NCBI GenBank assembly: GCA_045533905.1
Contig: JAZSIR010000016.1
Location: 32,001-96,000, forward strand
Reading direction: 5' to 3'
DNA length: 64,000 nucleotides
Source: Clostridia bacterium
GTDB lineage: Bacteria; Bacillota; Clostridia; UMGS1883; UMGS1540
Below are positions 1-9,253 of the stretch, one piece after another (the stretch's first letter is position 1; each line of letters begins with the position of its first letter). The position numbers and the translations under genes are program-made. The notes under the pieces were generated by a model. It ran no database searches. It was not told the DNA's origin and worked only from the letters and a program-made list of their open reading frames with translations.

Positions 1-1508
1 TCTGTGGGCATAAACAGTTTTTTCTCGCGCACCACATAGCCGCGGTTTAAAATGGTGGAAATTGTCGGTGCATACGTACTCGGGCGTCCGATACCCTTTT
101 CTTCCATAGCACGGATAAGCGCACCTTCTGTATAGCGGGAAGGCGGCTCTGTAAAGCGCTGCTGCTTTTCGAGGTTAACAAGCGAAAGCGCATCGCCGGA
201 CTGGAGTGTGGGCATATCGGAAGATTCCTCTTCGTTTTCGGTTTCCACCTTATAAACCGATTCAAAACCGGCAAATTTCACTTTGGCAAAAGATGCCTTG
301 AAGGTGTAAGCGCCGGCGCTGATATCTGTCTGCAGCGTCGTATACACCGCATCTACCATCTGGCTTGCCATAAAGCGCTCCCAGATGAGTTTGTAGAGCT
401 TATACTGGTCGCTCGGCAAGGTTTTCTTGGCGATTTCAGGCGTAATCTGCACATTGGTGGGACGGATTGCTTCATGCGCATCCTGCGCCGCGGCACGCGA
501 TTTGTAAACACGCGGGCGGGTGGGGACATAGGCACTTCCGTAGCGACTCTGAATGTAGGAAAGCGCAGAGAGAGAGGCTTCCGCAGAAATGCGGAGCGAG
601 TCCGTACGCATATAGGTGATAAGACCGATCGTGCCGTGCCCTTCAATATCTACACCTTCGTAGAGAATCTGGGCTGCAGACATCGTCTTGCGGGAGGTGA
701 ACCCGAGCCGTCTTGCCGCTTCCTGCTGCATTGTGCTTGTTGTGAAGGGCGGGGCAGGGGATTTCTTCCGTTCATCATATTTGGCAGAGGCCACAGAGAA
801 CGAAGCGTTTTTGAGGTCTGCCGAAACGGCTTCGGCCGTCTTCTGGTCGCGAATCGTTATCCTTTTGCCATTTTTGCCGTGGAGCTTTGCGCGAAATGCC
901 TTGCCGCTTTTGGCTTTCAGGTCCGCAGCAACATTCCAGAATTCGTCCGGAATAAACTTTTCAATTTCGCGTTCGCGTTCTACAACAAGACGTGTAACTA
1001 CCGACTGTACACGGCCGGCACTAAGCCCCTTCTTAACCTTTCGCCACAGGAGAGGGCTCAGCTTGTACCCTACAATACGGTCAAGCACGCGGCGTGCCTG
1101 CTGGGCATCTACAAGGTCGGAGTTTATGGCACGCGGCTCTTTAACAGCCGCTTTCAGTACGTTCTCTGTGATTTCATTAAAGGTAATGCGGCACTTCGAG
1201 GAGGGATCAATCTCCAGAATGTGCGCAAGATGCCAGGAAATGGCTTCGCCTTCGCGGTCAGGGTCAGTGGCGAGATATACGTGCTTGGCCGCTTTGGCTT
1301 CCTTTTTGAGGGTTGCCAGAAGGTCACCTTTTCCGCGAATGGTAATATATTTCGGTGCAAAATCGTTCTCGATGTCAATGCCGAGCTGACTTTTCGGTAA
1401 GTCACGAAGATGCCCGAAAGAGGCGAGGACTGTATAGTCCCGTCCCAGATATTTTTTAATTGTCTTTGCTTTTGCGGGAGACTCCACAATAATTAAATTC
1501 TTCGCCAT
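1..1508 (-). CDS. topA: DNA topoisomerase I (5' part; runs off the left edge)
   Basis: Absent from the ORF track, consistent with no stop inside the window. Manual translation from ATG at 1508 gives MAKNLIIVESPAKAKTIKKYLGRDYTVLASFGHLRDLPKSQLGIDIE (Toprim start of TopA); AAGGA RBS upstream. Confidence 0.96.
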   Translation of the reverse strand, partial: MAKNLIIVESPAKAKTIKKYLGRDYTVLASFGHLRDLPKSQLGIDIENDFAPKYITIRGKGDLLATLKKEAKAAKHVYLATDPDREGEAISWHLAHILEIDPSSKCRITFNEITENVLKAAVKEPRAINSDLVDAQQARRVLDRIVGYKLSPLLWRKVKKGLSAGRVQSVVTRLVVEREREIEKFIPDEFWNVAADLKAKSGKAFRAKLHGKNGKRITIRDQKTAEAVSADLKNASFSVASAKYDERKKSPAPPFTTSTMQQEAARRLGFTSRKTMSAAQILYEGVDIEGHGTIGLITYMRTDSLRISAEASLSALSYIQSRYGSAYVPTRPRVYKSRAAAQDAHEAIRPTNVQITPEIAKKTLPSDQYKLYKLIWERFMASQMVDAVYTTLQTDISAGAYTFKASFAKVKFAGFESVYKVETENEEESSDMPTLQSGDALSLVNLEKQQRFTEPPSRYTEGALIRAMEEKGIGRPSTYAPTISTILNRGYVVREKKLFMPT

Positions 1509-1576
1509 GACAAATTCCTTTCTGCGCGTTGCTTTAATTACAGTACCACAGATAATGTCTGTTTGTAAAGGTCTTT

Positions 1577-3412
1577 TTAATTTTTTTTCAATTTTTCCGA
1601 AAAATATGCAAACACATTTTCGGCGGTGCGCCGGTCGAGACCCTTTACTTCACAAAGTGTCTCAAGGGAAGCCGTGCGGATTGCCGTAACCGATTTGAAG
1701 TGGCGCATAAGAGCCTTCTTTTTTTGCGGACCCACACCGCGGATGCCGTCCAGCTCGCCCGAAAATGATTTTTGTTCTCTCAACTTTTTATGATAGGTGA
1801 TGGCAAAACGGTGCGCTTCGTCCTGAATGAGCGTTACAAGGCGGAAGGCGGCGGAAGCAGGTGCCAGGCCGACTTCACCGTCTGCACGGATAAGGCCGCG
1901 CGTGCGGTGACGGTCATTCTTCACCATACCGAGAACAGGCACGGCAATGGCAAGACGGGAAAGAACTTCTTCCGCGGCGTGCACATGCCCTATGCCGCCG
2001 TCCACGAGAATCAGGTCAGGCAGGGCGGCAAAGTCATCGCTCTGATCGTGGTACCGCATAAAGCGACGCACCAGAATTTCCTTCATACAGTCATAGTCAT
2101 TGGAGCCGATAATATATTTCACCTTGAAACGCTTGTATTCGGCAGGGGCCTTTTTGCCGTGCAGAAAGACAACCATCGAGCCTACGTTCTCGCTGCCGCC
2201 GGTATTTGAAATATCATACGCCTCAATGCGGTCGGGCAGTGCGGAAAGCCCGATTTCCTCGGCAAGCTCGGAAAGTGCCTTGTCCCGATTCGTTTTTCGC
2301 AGCACGTCAATTTTGAAGGTTTCGAGCGCGTGACTCGAATTTTTCGTGGCCATTTCACAAAGACGGCGCATTTCACCGCGTTTCGGTGCGCGAACGGCTA
2401 CGTTCTTTCCCCGTTTTTCGGAAAGCCACGTGCAAAGGGTATCTGCATCCGGAAGCGGCGTCGCTGTAAGCACTTCGGGCGGGACATCCACATCGCGGCT
2501 GTAATAGGCCTCTATAAAATCCGAAAGCGTTTCGGCCTCCAGGGAATAGAGCCTTTCGCTTTCGCGGTAGGAGCGACTGCCGAGAAGCTTTCCGCCGCGT
2601 AGGAAGAACACAGTGAAAACTGCAAGGTCCTCGTCAAGAGCCAGTGCAAAAATGTCAGCGTCCCGTGTGGAACCGATGACCTTCTGGTCGCGTGCGATGC
2701 GGCGGATGCCGTCAATTTTATCACGGTAAGAAGCTGCCGCTTCGAATGCAAGGCGGGAGGCGGCGTCTTCCATTTTCTCTTCGAGGTCAGATATCAGGCG
2801 CGCGTGTTCGCCGCGGAGGAAACGGGAAACTTCTTTGAAAATTTTTTTGTATTCTTCGGAGGAAATGTTCCCCGTGCATGGCGCATGGCAGCGGTGCATC
2901 GCGTGGTAGAGGCAGGGGCGCGCTTTGCCGATGTCCTCCGGAAAACGCTTTGCACAGTGCTGAATGCCGAAAATGCGGCGCACCACGGAAAGCGTTTCAT
3001 TGATAACCGCGCTACTCGGATACGGACCAAAATATTCAGCACCATCATCCTCTTCCTTTTTGCGGGCCAGCATAATGCGCGGATAAGCTTCATTTGTAAT
3101 TTTGATAAACGGATACCCCTTATCATCTTTGAGAAGAATGTTATAGCGGGGCTTGTGTTTTTTTATAAGGTTACTTTCAAGGCAGAGTGCCTCAAATTCC
3201 GTGTCGGTCAGAATGTATTCAAAGTCCGCAATTTTGGAAATCATAGCGCTGACCTTCGGGGGATGGTCAACGCCGTGAAAGTACTGGCGGACGCGGTTTT
3301 TCAGTATTTTGGCTTTTCCTACATAAATAATAGTGCCGCCCGCGTCGCGCATAATATATACGCCGGGGGAGGAGGGGAGGTTTTTCAGTTTTTCTGTCAG
3401 GATATCGTTCAT
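1577..3412 (-). CDS. uvrC: Excinuclease ABC subunit C
   Basis: GIY-YIG start (PGVYIM...IYVGKAKILKNRVRQYF), UVR domain, RIEAYDIS, C-terminal HhH (GVGPQKKKAL). Confidence 0.97.
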   Translation of the reverse strand: MNDILTEKLKNLPSSPGVYIMRDAGGTIIYVGKAKILKNRVRQYFHGVDHPPKVSAMISKIADFEYILTDTEFEALCLESNLIKKHKPRYNILLKDDKGYPFIKITNEAYPRIMLARKKEEDDGAEYFGPYPSSAVINETLSVVRRIFGIQHCAKRFPEDIGKARPCLYHAMHRCHAPCTGNISSEEYKKIFKEVSRFLRGEHARLISDLEEKMEDAASRLAFEAAASYRDKIDGIRRIARDQKVIGSTRDADIFALALDEDLAVFTVFFLRGGKLLGSRSYRESERLYSLEAETLSDFIEAYYSRDVDVPPEVLTATPLPDADTLCTWLSEKRGKNVAVRAPKRGEMRRLCEMATKNSSHALETFKIDVLRKTNRDKALSELAEEIGLSALPDRIEAYDISNTGGSENVGSMVVFLHGKKAPAEYKRFKVKYIIGSNDYDCMKEILVRRFMRYHDQSDDFAALPDLILVDGGIGHVHAAEEVLSRLAIAVPVLGMVKNDRHRTRGLIRADGEVGLAPASAAFRLVTLIQDEAHRFAITYHKKLREQKSFSGELDGIRGVGPQKKKALMRHFKSVTAIRTASLETLCEVKGLDRRTAENVFAYFSEKLKKN

Positions 3413-3433
3413 ATGCTAAATCCTTTCATAGTC

Positions 3434-3461
3434 AAAAAAACAGCCATATAGGCTGTTTTTT
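3434..3461. terminator. Intrinsic terminator-like hairpin downstream of the HPr gene
   Basis: AAAAAAACAGCC-ATAT-AGGCTGTTTTTT inverted repeat with A/T tails on both sides. Confidence 0.6.
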
Positions 3462-3473
3462 ATATTCATAGGA

Positions 3474-3737
3474 TTATTCAGACACACCTTCACTTATCAG
3501 CGCGGTCAAAGCCTCAATGGCTTCGCCTTCGTCAGCACCGTCGGCCGAGAGAAGAATTTCTGTGCCGCGGGTGATACCAAGGGATAAGATGCCCAAAAGG
3601 CTCTTGGCATTCACACGGCGCGATTCTTTTTCCACCCAGATGCCGGCTTTGAATTCGTTGGCTTTCTGGATAAATAATGTAGCTGCTTTGGCATGCAGGC
3701 CAACCTGATTGAGAACAACGACGCTTTTCGAAACCAT
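3474..3737 (-). CDS. ptsH: HPr-family phosphocarrier protein
   Basis: 87 aa; GLHAKAA (His15) and VNAKSLLG (Ser46) motifs. Confidence 0.88.
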   Translation of the reverse strand: MVSKSVVVLNQVGLHAKAATLFIQKANEFKAGIWVEKESRRVNAKSLLGILSLGITRGTEILLSADGADEGEAIEALTALISEGVSE

Positions 3738-3894
3738 AAACTTACGCTCCTAAGGCTAAATTTCAGACTGTGTGCCTTTTTCAATACGCATATTGTAAAA
3801 GGAAGCAGCACGCGCGGCGCTTCACTTCCGTATTCTTCAGCACGATACAAAAGTCATAAGCGGGCGGCACAGCCGCCCGAACCATACAGACTTT

Positions 3895-4074
3895 TTATTC
3901 TGCTACCTTTACGACCTCTCTACCCTTGTAGTAGCCGCAGGCACTGCAAATGCGATGGGGACGAATCAGAGCATTGCACTTCGGGCATGCAATCATGCCG
4001 GGAACTTCGAGCTTGTATGTTGCACGTCTCTTATCGCGCCTCGCCTTAGATATTTTATTCTTCGGTACTGCCAT
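3895..4074 (-). CDS. rpmF: 50S ribosomal protein L32 (zinc-binding form)
   Basis: MAVPKNKISKARRDKRR...CPKC...PHRICSACGYYKG; GAGGTG RBS before ATG at 4074. Confidence 0.97.
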   Translation of the reverse strand: MAVPKNKISKARRDKRRATYKLEVPGMIACPKCNALIRPHRICSACGYYKGREVVKVAE

Positions 4075-4130
4075 CTTCCACACCTCATCTTTCCGGAATC
4101 CAAACTATGTGTTTAGTAGTAACACACGAT

Positions 4131-4159
4131 ATTATACCGCCTTTTGGGCGTTTTGTCAA
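4131..4159 (-). promoter_or_regulatory. Sigma-A promoter of rpmF
   Basis: Minus strand TTGACA-17 bp-TATAAT, exact consensus. Confidence 0.85.
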
Positions 4160-4201
4160 GAAGTTTTTGCAAAAATTCTGTATTTTGGGGTTTTTTCGCA
4201 T

Positions 4202-5233
4202 TTATACGAGGCGAACACCTTCGTCGCCGCTTTCTACGGTACCGATTTTGTATACCGTTTCGCCGGCTGCTTCCAAAATTGCTTTTGCTTCATCTGCCGC
4301 ATCCTTCGGAACGGCCACAATCATACCAATACCCATATTGAAGGTGTTGTACATTTCGGAAGCGGGGATGTTGCCGGTCTTCTGCATCAGGGTGAAGATT
4401 GGCGGCATCGGGTAAGAAGCCGTGTCAATCACTGCAGTAAGACCTTCGCGCATCATACGCGGTACGTTTTCGATAAAGCCGCCGCCTGTGATATGGCTGA
4501 TGGCGCGAACTTCCACCTTTTCCATAAGGGCGAGGATGGCCTTTACGTAAATGCGCGTCGGCGCGAGGAGTGCTTCGCCAAGCGTTTTGCCAAGCTCGTC
4601 ATAGTGCTTTGCAAGTACCTCAGGCGCAGAAATATTGAAGAGCTTACGAACGAGCGAGAAGCCGTTCGAATGTACGCCCGAGGAGGCAAGGCCTAAAAGA
4701 ACATCGCCTTCCGAAAGCTTTGTGCCGTCAATAATGCGCTTTTTATCAACAATACCCACAGCAAAGCCCGCAAGGTCATATTCGTCCACGGGGTAAAAGC
4801 CGGGCATTTCAGCCGTTTCGCCGCCGATTAAGGCGCAGCCGGACTGTACACAGCCGTCTGCAACACCCTTTACAATGTCGGCTACCTTTTGCGGCTCATT
4901 TTTGCCAACGGCCACATAGTCGAGGAAAAAGAGCGGCTTTGCACCGGAGCAAACGATGTCGTTTACACACATCGCTACACAGTCCTGCCCCACAGTATCG
5001 TGCTTGTCCATTAAAAAGGCAAGCTTCAGTTTGGTGCCGACACCGTCTGTGCCGGAAACCAGAACGGGTTCTTCCATACCGGTAAGATTCGGAGCAAAAA
5101 GACCGCCGAAACCGCCGATGGGGGAGAGAACGCCGCTTGTTGTAGTTCTCTTTACGTGTTCCTTCATAAGGCGAACTGCCTCGTATCCGGCCTCAATATT
5201 TACGCCGGCTGCGCTGTAAGCATTATTACTCAT
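4202..5233 (-). CDS. purM: Phosphoribosylaminoimidazole (AIR) synthetase
   Basis: [40 protein letters not shown] motifs; start taken at MSNNAY. Confidence 0.97.
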   Translation of the reverse strand: MSNNAYSAAGVNIEAGYEAVRLMKEHVKRTTTSGVLSPIGGFGGLFAPNLTGMEEPVLVSGTDGVGTKLKLAFLMDKHDTVGQDCVAMCVNDIVCSGAKPLFFLDYVAVGKNEPQKVADIVKGVADGCVQSGCALIGGETAEMPGFYPVDEYDLAGFAVGIVDKKRIIDGTKLSEGDVLLGLASSGVHSNGFSLVRKLFNISAPEVLAKHYDELGKTLGEALLAPTRIYVKAILALMEKVEVRAISHITGGGFIENVPRMMREGLTAVIDTASYPMPPIFTLMQKTGNIPASEMYNTFNMGIGMIVAVPKDAADEAKAILEAAGETVYKIGTVESGDEGVRLV

Positions 5234-6650
5234 TTTCACCGATTCTCCTTTCCTGGAAAGAGCGAAGTTCACGCTCTGCGGGAATTTCTATATCATATTT
5301 ACCCGTGAAGCACGCATCGCAGAAGCCGCGCGTTCTGTCGGGCAAAAGGGAACCAAGGTCTTCAATGCGGAGGAATGCAAGGGAATCTGCACCGAATTTC
5401 TCCCGCATTTCTTCGGGGGTGTACTTGTACGCGATGAGTTCGTCACGTGTCGGGATATCTGTGCCGAAGTAGCACGGCCAGAGGAAGAGGGGGGAGGAAA
5501 TGCGCATATGCACTTCCGTAGCGCCGGCTTTTTTCAGCATCATAATCAGCTTTCTGCAGGTGGTACCGCGTACGATGGAGTCGTCTACGATAACCACACG
5601 CTTGCCGCGCACGTTTGCGGCAAGAACATTGAGCTTTATATCCACGCTCTGCTCGCGCATTGCCTGCGAGGGCTGAATGAAGGTGCGGCCGATGTAGCGG
5701 TTTTTGATAAGACCGGTACCGTACGGAATACCGCTTTCTTCCGCATAGCCGATGGCGGCACAGATGCCGGAATCGGGAACGCCGATTACGATGTCTGCCT
5801 CTACAGGGTCAGACTTTGCAAGGGCGCGGCCCGCCTGCACGCGTGCATCATATACGCTCGTTCCTTCAATGATGCTGTCGGGACGGGCAAAATAAATGTA
5901 TTCAAAAATGCAGAGTGCACTTTTATCTGTGCAGTTTTCTGTGATGGAGCGGATGCCGTTTTCGTCAGCGATTACAACTTCACCCGGCTCCACATCGCGC
6001 ACATAGGTTGCGCCGATGGCGTCCAGTGCGCACGTTTCGGAGGCGAAGATGTAGCTGTTTTCCTTTTTGCCGATGCATAAAGGACGGTACCCGAGGGGAT
6101 CACGTGCGGCCATAAGCTTTCTGGGGCTCATTACAAGAACAGAGTAGCCGCCGCGGAGCTTTTTCAGAACACGTACAAGCGCCTCTTCAATGGAAGGTGC
6201 ATTTACACGTTCGCGTGCAAGAAGATAGTTGATAATTTCTGTGTCACTCGTCGTCTGGAAAATGGCGCCGTCCGCCTCGAGCTTTGCGCGCTCGCCGACA
6301 GGGTCGGCAAGGCTGCCGTTATAGGCTGTGGCGAGTGTACCTTTACTGTAGCGTGTTACAAGCGGCTGCGCATCCTCGCGCACCTTGCTGGATGCAGCAT
6401 AGCGCACATGGCCGAGAGCGGCCGTGCCCTTCAGGTGGTTCAGAACAACCTCATTGAAAACATCGGGCACAAGACCCTGGTCCTTGTGATAAATAATCAC
6501 GCCGTCGTCGTTTACTGCAATGCCCGCGCTTTCCTGACCGCGGTGCTGCAGCGCATAGAGGGCGTAGTAAGTCAGATGTGCAGGATCGAGGCCGTCGCGG
6601 TCAAATATACCGAAAAGGCCACATTCCTCGTGTAATTTTCCGTCGTACAT
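5226..6650 (-). CDS. purF: Amidophosphoribosyltransferase
   Basis: Short propeptide then EECG (Ntn cysteine), [14 protein letters not shown]-binding [10 protein letters not shown], Bacillus-type Fe-S cysteines (CDAC). Confidence 0.96.
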   Translation of the reverse strand: MYDGKLHEECGLFGIFDRDGLDPAHLTYYALYALQHRGQESAGIAVNDDGVIIYHKDQGLVPDVFNEVVLNHLKGTAALGHVRYAASSKVREDAQPLVTRYSKGTLATAYNGSLADPVGERAKLEADGAIFQTTSDTEIINYLLARERVNAPSIEEALVRVLKKLRGGYSVLVMSPRKLMAARDPLGYRPLCIGKKENSYIFASETCALDAIGATYVRDVEPGEVVIADENGIRSITENCTDKSALCIFEYIYFARPDSIIEGTSVYDARVQAGRALAKSDPVEADIVIGVPDSGICAAIGYAEESGIPYGTGLIKNRYIGRTFIQPSQAMREQSVDIKLNVLAANVRGKRVVIVDDSIVRGTTCRKLIMMLKKAGATEVHMRISSPLFLWPCYFGTDIPTRDELIAYKYTPEEMREKFGADSLAFLRIEDLGSLLPDRTRGFCDACFTGKYDIEIPAERELRSFQERRIGENE

Positions 6651-6673
6651 ATTGTATTCCCCCTGGTATCAGA

Positions 6674-7174
6674 TTAAAGATTTCGAAGTTCGTCCTGAAG
6701 CTTTGCATCCTTTTCGCCTACTTCGCGGAGCATAGAAAGCTTGTGTTCTTCCAACTTTTCCGCAACCGAAGGATTCGAAAGCGCAATTATCTGTGCAGCT
6801 AAAATGGCTGCATTTTCACCGCCGTCAATTGCCACGGTTGCTACCGGAATCCCCTTCGGCATCTGTACGATGGAGAGAAGGGAATCGAGCCCGTCCATTG
6901 TCGAGGATTTAATCGGGATACCGATTACCGGGAGGGTAGTAAAGGCAGCAAGCACACCCGGAAGATGTGCGGCTTTGCCTGCGGCGCCGATAATTACGGA
7001 GAAACCGCGTTCCTTTGCGTTTTTGGCAAAAGTGGCAGCGGCATCCGGTGTGCGGTGCGCGGAAAGAACGCGTGCTTCCACCTCGATGCCGAATTTACGG
7101 AGTGCCAAAATGCACGGGCGAAGTGCCGGTAAATCGGAATCGCTTCCCATAATAAGTGCTACTTTCGGAGACAT
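6674..7174 (-). CDS. purE: N5-CAIR mutase
   Basis: IMGSDSD, SAHRTP, AGKAAHLPG, SIVQMPKGIPVATV; start could also be 7183. Confidence 0.96.
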   Translation of the reverse strand: MSPKVALIMGSDSDLPALRPCILALRKFGIEVEARVLSAHRTPDAAATFAKNAKERGFSVIIGAAGKAAHLPGVLAAFTTLPVIGIPIKSSTMDGLDSLLSIVQMPKGIPVATVAIDGGENAAILAAQIIALSNPSVAEKLEEHKLSMLREVGEKDAKLQDELRNL

Positions 7175-7187
7175 ATGAACCATCCTT

Positions 7188-8126
7188 TCAGATCATAAAA
7201 GTATATATAAAGGGTAGAGTTACAAGGCTTGCCGCTGTCGTTATGCAAATGGCGGTTGCGGCATATTCGGTATCTCCGCCGAACTCCTCCGTCAGAACGG
7301 CAAAAACCGACTGGCAGGGCATAGCAATCTGCATCGCTACCACAGAGGGCAGGATGGCATCCATCGGGAGCTCGAGCGAAGGAAGAAGCCAGCGAAGGGC
7401 GAAGAGCGCCCCGAGCGGCATTAAAATCATCTTGATCAGAATAATGGTAATTGCAGAAAGCGAGGATAAAAGAGCGGCAGGCTTTACCGAGGCGAGCGAA
7501 GCGCCGAGGAAAAGCATAGATAACACCGTGGTGGTGTTGCCGATAGAAGAAGCGGCTTCGTGCAGAAAATCGGGAAGCCGGAGAGAAAAGATAAACATAA
7601 ACGCCCCGATAAGATACGAAAGCGTGGTGGGATTTAGGAGCCTTTGGAAATTGAATTTTCCGTTCTTTGTGCGGCTTAAAATCAGAACGCCCACGGTCCA
7701 GGCTGTAAGGTCATTTGCAATTGTGAAGAACGCGGCATAAAATACAGCTTCGGGTCCCCAAAGTGCTTCGAGAAGGGGATATGCGAGGAAAATGGTGTTC
7801 CCGAATGCCGTAAGGCAGGTGTGCACGTTTTTTCGTTTATTGCCGAAGCGGAAGGGCGCCGCCGAAACGCTCCCAAGAAAAAGGAGAATACCCACAAACA
7901 AAATACCGAGCACAAAAATGGCGATGGCGGTGTTTTGCGTTTCAGCCGTTTTCACCTGTCCCGAAAGCGTGGTGATAACGAGAAGCGGAAGCGTGATGCG
8001 GGTAAGAAGCTGGGAAGTAGCGCCTTTCAGGTTTTTCACGAGCCCTGTTTTGTCCGCTATGAGCCCTACCAGCATAATCACAAAAAGCCATACGATTTTC
8101 TCTAAGATTACGCTCAAAAAGACCAC
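7188..8126 (-). CDS. AEC (auxin efflux carrier)-family membrane transporter
   Basis: About 10 hydrophobic segments, FGNTIFLAYP and NP...AMP motifs typical of the family; GTG start chosen from a GGAAGGA RBS. Confidence 0.8.
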   Translation of the reverse strand: MVFLSVILEKIVWLFVIMLVGLIADKTGLVKNLKGATSQLLTRITLPLLVITTLSGQVKTAETQNTAIAIFVLGILFVGILLFLGSVSAAPFRFGNKRKNVHTCLTAFGNTIFLAYPLLEALWGPEAVFYAAFFTIANDLTAWTVGVLILSRTKNGKFNFQRLLNPTTLSYLIGAFMFIFSLRLPDFLHEAASSIGNTTTVLSMLFLGASLASVKPAALLSSLSAITIILIKMILMPLGALFALRWLLPSLELPMDAILPSVVAMQIAMPCQSVFAVLTEEFGGDTEYAATAICITTAASLVTLPFIYTFMI

Positions 8127-8154
8127 GCATCCTTCCATCAAAAATACACACTAG

Positions 8155-8183
8155 AGTATATCACAAAACACATCCCTTTGTAA
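8155..8183 (-). promoter_or_regulatory. Sigma-A promoter of the AEC-purE-purF-purM operon
   Basis: Minus strand TTTACA-17 bp-TATACT with extended -10 TG. Confidence 0.65.
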
Positions 8184-8256
8184 ATAGAAAATGCAAAAAG
8201 AAGGGAATTTTGTTGACAAAATATATAAATAGGAGAAAGAGGGGAGAAAAAATAGG

Positions 8257-8285
8257 GCAAACATACCAAAGTATGTGCATATACT
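8257..8285 (+). promoter_or_regulatory. Candidate sigma-E promoter of the pdaB-like gene
   Basis: GCAAA-16 bp-CATATACT resembles the sigma-E consensus (ATA-16/18-CATAcanT). Confidence 0.45.
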
Positions 8286-8317
8286 ATATATACAACTTCG
8301 GAAAAGGAGAGAACAAG

Positions 8318-9076
8318 GTGCGCATTTTTGTAGTCCATAAATCTATAATTCTGACGGGGATTGTCGCGGTGCTCCTTGCAGTATTTCTGGCACTTGGCAG
8401 CATACCCGCCGCACGGCCTGCGGCGGGGGAGGCTGTGCGCGATGTGCCGATTTATTCCGTGGAGACAGGGGAGAAAAAGGTGGCGCTTACCTTTAATGCT
8501 GCATGGGGAGACGAGGATATCGAAAGCATATTGCACACACTTTCGGAACAAGGCGTTTTCTGTACCTTCTTTCTCGTGGGGGAGTGGGCGGAGCGCTTTC
8601 CGGACAAAGTGAAAATGATCCGGGAGGCGGGGCACGAGATTGCGGCACATTCCTATGCCCACGCGCATTTCGGGGCACTTTCAGCCGAGGAAATCCGGCG
8701 GGATATTGCCGCGTGTGATGAAAGCATCCGTAAAATCACGGGCGAGGCACCTTTTCTCTTCCGTGCGCCATACGGCGAGTACACGGAAGAGGTGGTGCGC
8801 ACAGTGCGGGAAGCGGGCAAGGAAATTATCCAGTGGGATGTGGACAGTCTCGACTGGAAGGGCAGAACGCCCGAAGAAATGCTTTCGCACGTTCTGCCGC
8901 GTCTCTCATCCGGCTCCATTCTCCTTTTTCACACGGGAACCGCGCACACAGCCGAAGCCCTGCCGGGCATTCTGGAAAAAATAGAAAAAGAAGGCTATGC
9001 CTTTTCTACTGTAGGCGACCTTATCCATCAGGGGAAATATACTGTGGACCATACGGGCCGTCAGCATCCGCTTTGA
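8318..9076 (+). CDS. Polysaccharide deacetylase family protein, sporulation PdaB-like
   Basis: N-terminal TM anchor, PIYSVET..KKVALTFNAAWG, HSYAH, RAPYG, DSLDW; AAGGAG RBS then GTG. Confidence 0.85.
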   Translation: MRIFVVHKSIILTGIVAVLLAVFLALGSIPAARPAAGEAVRDVPIYSVETGEKKVALTFNAAWGDEDIESILHTLSEQGVFCTFFLVGEWAERFPDKVKMIREAGHEIAAHSYAHAHFGALSAEEIRRDIAACDESIRKITGEAPFLFRAPYGEYTEEVVRTVREAGKEIIQWDVDSLDWKGRTPEEMLSHVLPRLSSGSILLFHTGTAHTAEALPGILEKIEKEGYAFSTVGDLIHQGKYTVDHTGRQHPL

Positions 9077-9172
9077 TAAAAAGAACGGAAGCAAAATTTC
9101 TTGATTTTTCGGCGTTTCTTGCGAATTCGCCCAAAAAGCGGAAGGAAAAACTCGCTTTTTTTATAAAAAGTA

Positions 9173-9201
9173 TTGCTAAATTTTAACCGCTATGGTATAA
9201 T
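9173..9201 (+). promoter_or_regulatory. Sigma-A promoter of the solute-binding protein gene
   Basis: TTGCTA-17 bp-TATAAT with extended -10 TG. Confidence 0.7.
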
Positions 9202-9253
9202 GTACCCGAAATAGGGATACGAATGTCCCAAAAAAGTATAGGAGGAGATTTCC

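Noticed and set aside
474-1400. 308-aa and 233-aa plus-strand ORFs at the left end
   Set aside because: They are antisense to topA, which the ORF track missed; no recognisable motifs.
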